Positions 61,601 to 64,000 of a DNA stretch of 64,000 bases are shown one piece after another; positions within the stretch are counted from its first letter, which is position 1, and each line of letters begins with the position of its first letter. The position numbers and the translations under genes were made by a program. The DNA is taken from the NCBI GenBank assembly GCA_050613775.1, contig JBODTK010000159.1, positions 62,001 to 126,000 on the forward strand. Direction: 5' to 3'. The DNA is from Neocallimastix sp. 'constans'. Taxonomy: Eukaryota. The notes beneath the pieces are model-generated. The model did no database searches. It had not been told where the DNA came from and worked only from the letters and a program-made list of their open reading frames with translations.

Positions 61601-61752
61601 TCAATATTTTCTATATTTGATATTTTTTTTCCCTAATTTCATATTTTAAACATCATAATAAAAGAATAAATACGTAACATTAACCAAAAGATCACTATAT
61701 ATGAATATTTAATGTTTTTGTAATAGTTAAATGTAATCATTAATTAATCAAT

Positions 61753-61798
<46 letters not shown>

Positions 61799-62084
61799 TA
61801 TTAAAATATTTGAAATTTTCACATAGATAATTATGTAATAAAATAGAATAAATATAATAATATATAGTTAATCGAATATATTATATAAAAATATTATATA
61901 CAATTATTACTATTATTATCAATATCATTAATGAAGTATTTATAAAAGAATGAAATTAGATGAATATCTTTTTTTGATTTTTTTTTTTTTTTATATTATA
62001 TTAATAATGAATATATAACTATTTAAATTTTATGAATGATAAAAAATGAATAATTAATGAAAATATATATTGAATAATATAGAA

Positions 62085-62085
62085 A

Positions 62086-62124
<39 letters not shown>

Positions 62125-62697
62125 TTAATCAAGAAGGCCTTTATAATCAGTCTCTAAGAAAAAACATTGTATATAATTTTTTTTTTATTATTAATATTTG
62201 ATAATAATAATTTTATAAATATATATATATATTAAAAAAATAATATTATCAATATATATTATATATTTCATATAAATAAGTATAAAGTATCAAATGGATA
62301 TCAATCTTCTTTTTTTTATGATTATCCTCATAGAGCAGAAAAGAAGAAGTCATTACCAAATTTAAATAAACTACGAGAATACGACTGTCAATGGAACACT
62401 TGGAATAATTATGAAAGTAATTCAAGCTTTCAAGAATTTTCTCAAAATTCTGTAATGAATTTTACTCATACTACAGGTCAAAATGGTTATAATGGACATA
62501 ATATAAGTTTTACTAATTATAATATAGATAAAAATCAGAATCAGAATCAAAATTCTACCAAGATATATTCTAATAATATTGTTAAATCAAACTTTAATGT
62601 AAATAATATGAACAGTTTTAATAATGCAATAAACATTTCAAACAAAAATAGGTGCAACATAAATAATATGAATAATATCAATTACTACAATAATATT

Positions 62698-62761
<64 letters not shown>

Positions 62762-62799
62762 TAAATAATAAATGTTCACAAAATGTTATGTCCAAAAAC

Positions 62800-62836
<37 letters not shown>

Positions 62837-64000
62837 TTTTTAATGACAAAGATCATGATTCACCACTACCCATTTTCCAACCATCATATCCCACCTCAAA
62901 CTATAAGAATATGAATTTTAAAATGAATAACAATTCATCTTCATTAAGGCAAGCGAATTTAAATATGAACAAGAATGGAAAGGATATTAAATTAATCAAA
63001 TTTCCATCTAATGATTCTATTAATTCTTATTTGAAATCTACTTCATTGAATGATATAATTAATGAATCAAAAAATTCAACTTTCAATAATAAAGGAATTA
63101 TACCTTTGAGAACTGTTAAAAGTAGTGAAAACTATAGTCTTTCAAAGAATAATCTTGATGATAATGTATTAAAAAAAGACAGTTTTTCAGGTGCTGAAAA
63201 AAGAATTATCTTTAGTCATGGTAAATTTAATAAAATTTAATTTTTTTTTTTTTTTTTTTAGTATAATAAATTTTTTTTTAAATTCAATTAATAAATAAAA
63301 TTCATAAAAATTCATTCATTAGACTAATAAATAAATGCATTCTAATCTTATTCATTTAAGATGAAGATAGAGTTAATAGATCTTGTGATTTATGTTTAAA
63401 AAGACCAGGAATTATTGAGCTTTTATATTGTCAACATGTGTATGTAAAAAAGAAAATTATATTTTTATTATCCATATATATAGAGAGAGTTATAAAAAAA
63501 AAATAAGTACCTAACTAATATTTCTTTATTTTATAATAATTTTTTTTATAAATGATAGATTATGTGATAAGTGTGTCCAAAGTGAGAATTTATATAATAA
63601 AGGTGGACAAATGATGAAATGCTTTTGTGGAGAAGTAGATATAATTATAATTATTTATTATTATATTTCAATGTAAATCCATCATATTTATACTTTTATT
63701 AATTATTAAACAAAAATACAAATATATATCTAAGAACGTTCATTATATGAAATCTATTTATGACAATAAATGTTTAAAGAATAATAAAAAGGAAATTTCA
63801 ACTCAAGATAATGATCAATTCGCAAATAAGCATAATTCCACTCCTCTCTTTAATGGAAATATGTTTAACATTTTAACTCCTGATAGAATTTTTCCTGTTC
63901 CAACATTTTATTTACCAGTTATTAAACTTAGTAATGTAAATAATCTAATAAAAAAAAATTATTAATTCTATTTTTAGAAAGAATATTAATGGATTTTTTT
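62085..64000 (+). CDS. Asn-rich protein with C3HC4-like RING finger, truncated by the window end
   Basis: Exons ~62085-62168, 62281-63220, 63361-63439, 63559-63634 and 63735-~63936 join in frame, giving CDLC..CQHVLCDKC..CFC. The terminal PVIKLSN may begin an RRM-like domain. Start and 3' structure are uncertain. Confidence 0.7.

Overview
Extremely AT-rich eukaryotic DNA with short GT-AG introns. It is most consistent with an anaerobic gut fungus (Neocallimastigomycota); this is inferred from base composition plus a flagellar ODAD2/ARMC4 gene, a CotH gene and a bacterial-type nadB. Seven spliced protein genes can be reconstructed: a single-pass TM/SH3 protein, nadB (L-aspartate oxidase, one intron), a long MetR/Cys-3-like bZIP factor, TIP41, ODAD2/ARMC4, a secreted and probably GPI-anchored CotH kinase, and a RING protein cut off by the window end. 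Repeats include three stacks of L1-like LINE fragments (one almost intact APE-RT-CCHC ORF2 with a single frameshift in the catalytic motif), a decayed Ty1/copia pol and many microsatellites. The most interesting non-obvious structures are: (1) three near-identical snR13-like C/D snoRNAs, each in its own intron of an apparently non-coding host transcript (34.6-35.4 kb); (2) an ORF1-only (HAL1-like) LINE derivative in two copies with its own 3' hairpin, plus a conserved AUGA stop/start junction at the ORF2 start; (3) an unexplained GC-rich, strongly base-paired ~350 nt island between A- and T-tracts (20.8-21.1 kb); (4) an array of four inverted-repeat pairs at 54.2-54.9 kb. All exon coordinates were read by eye and no searches were run.
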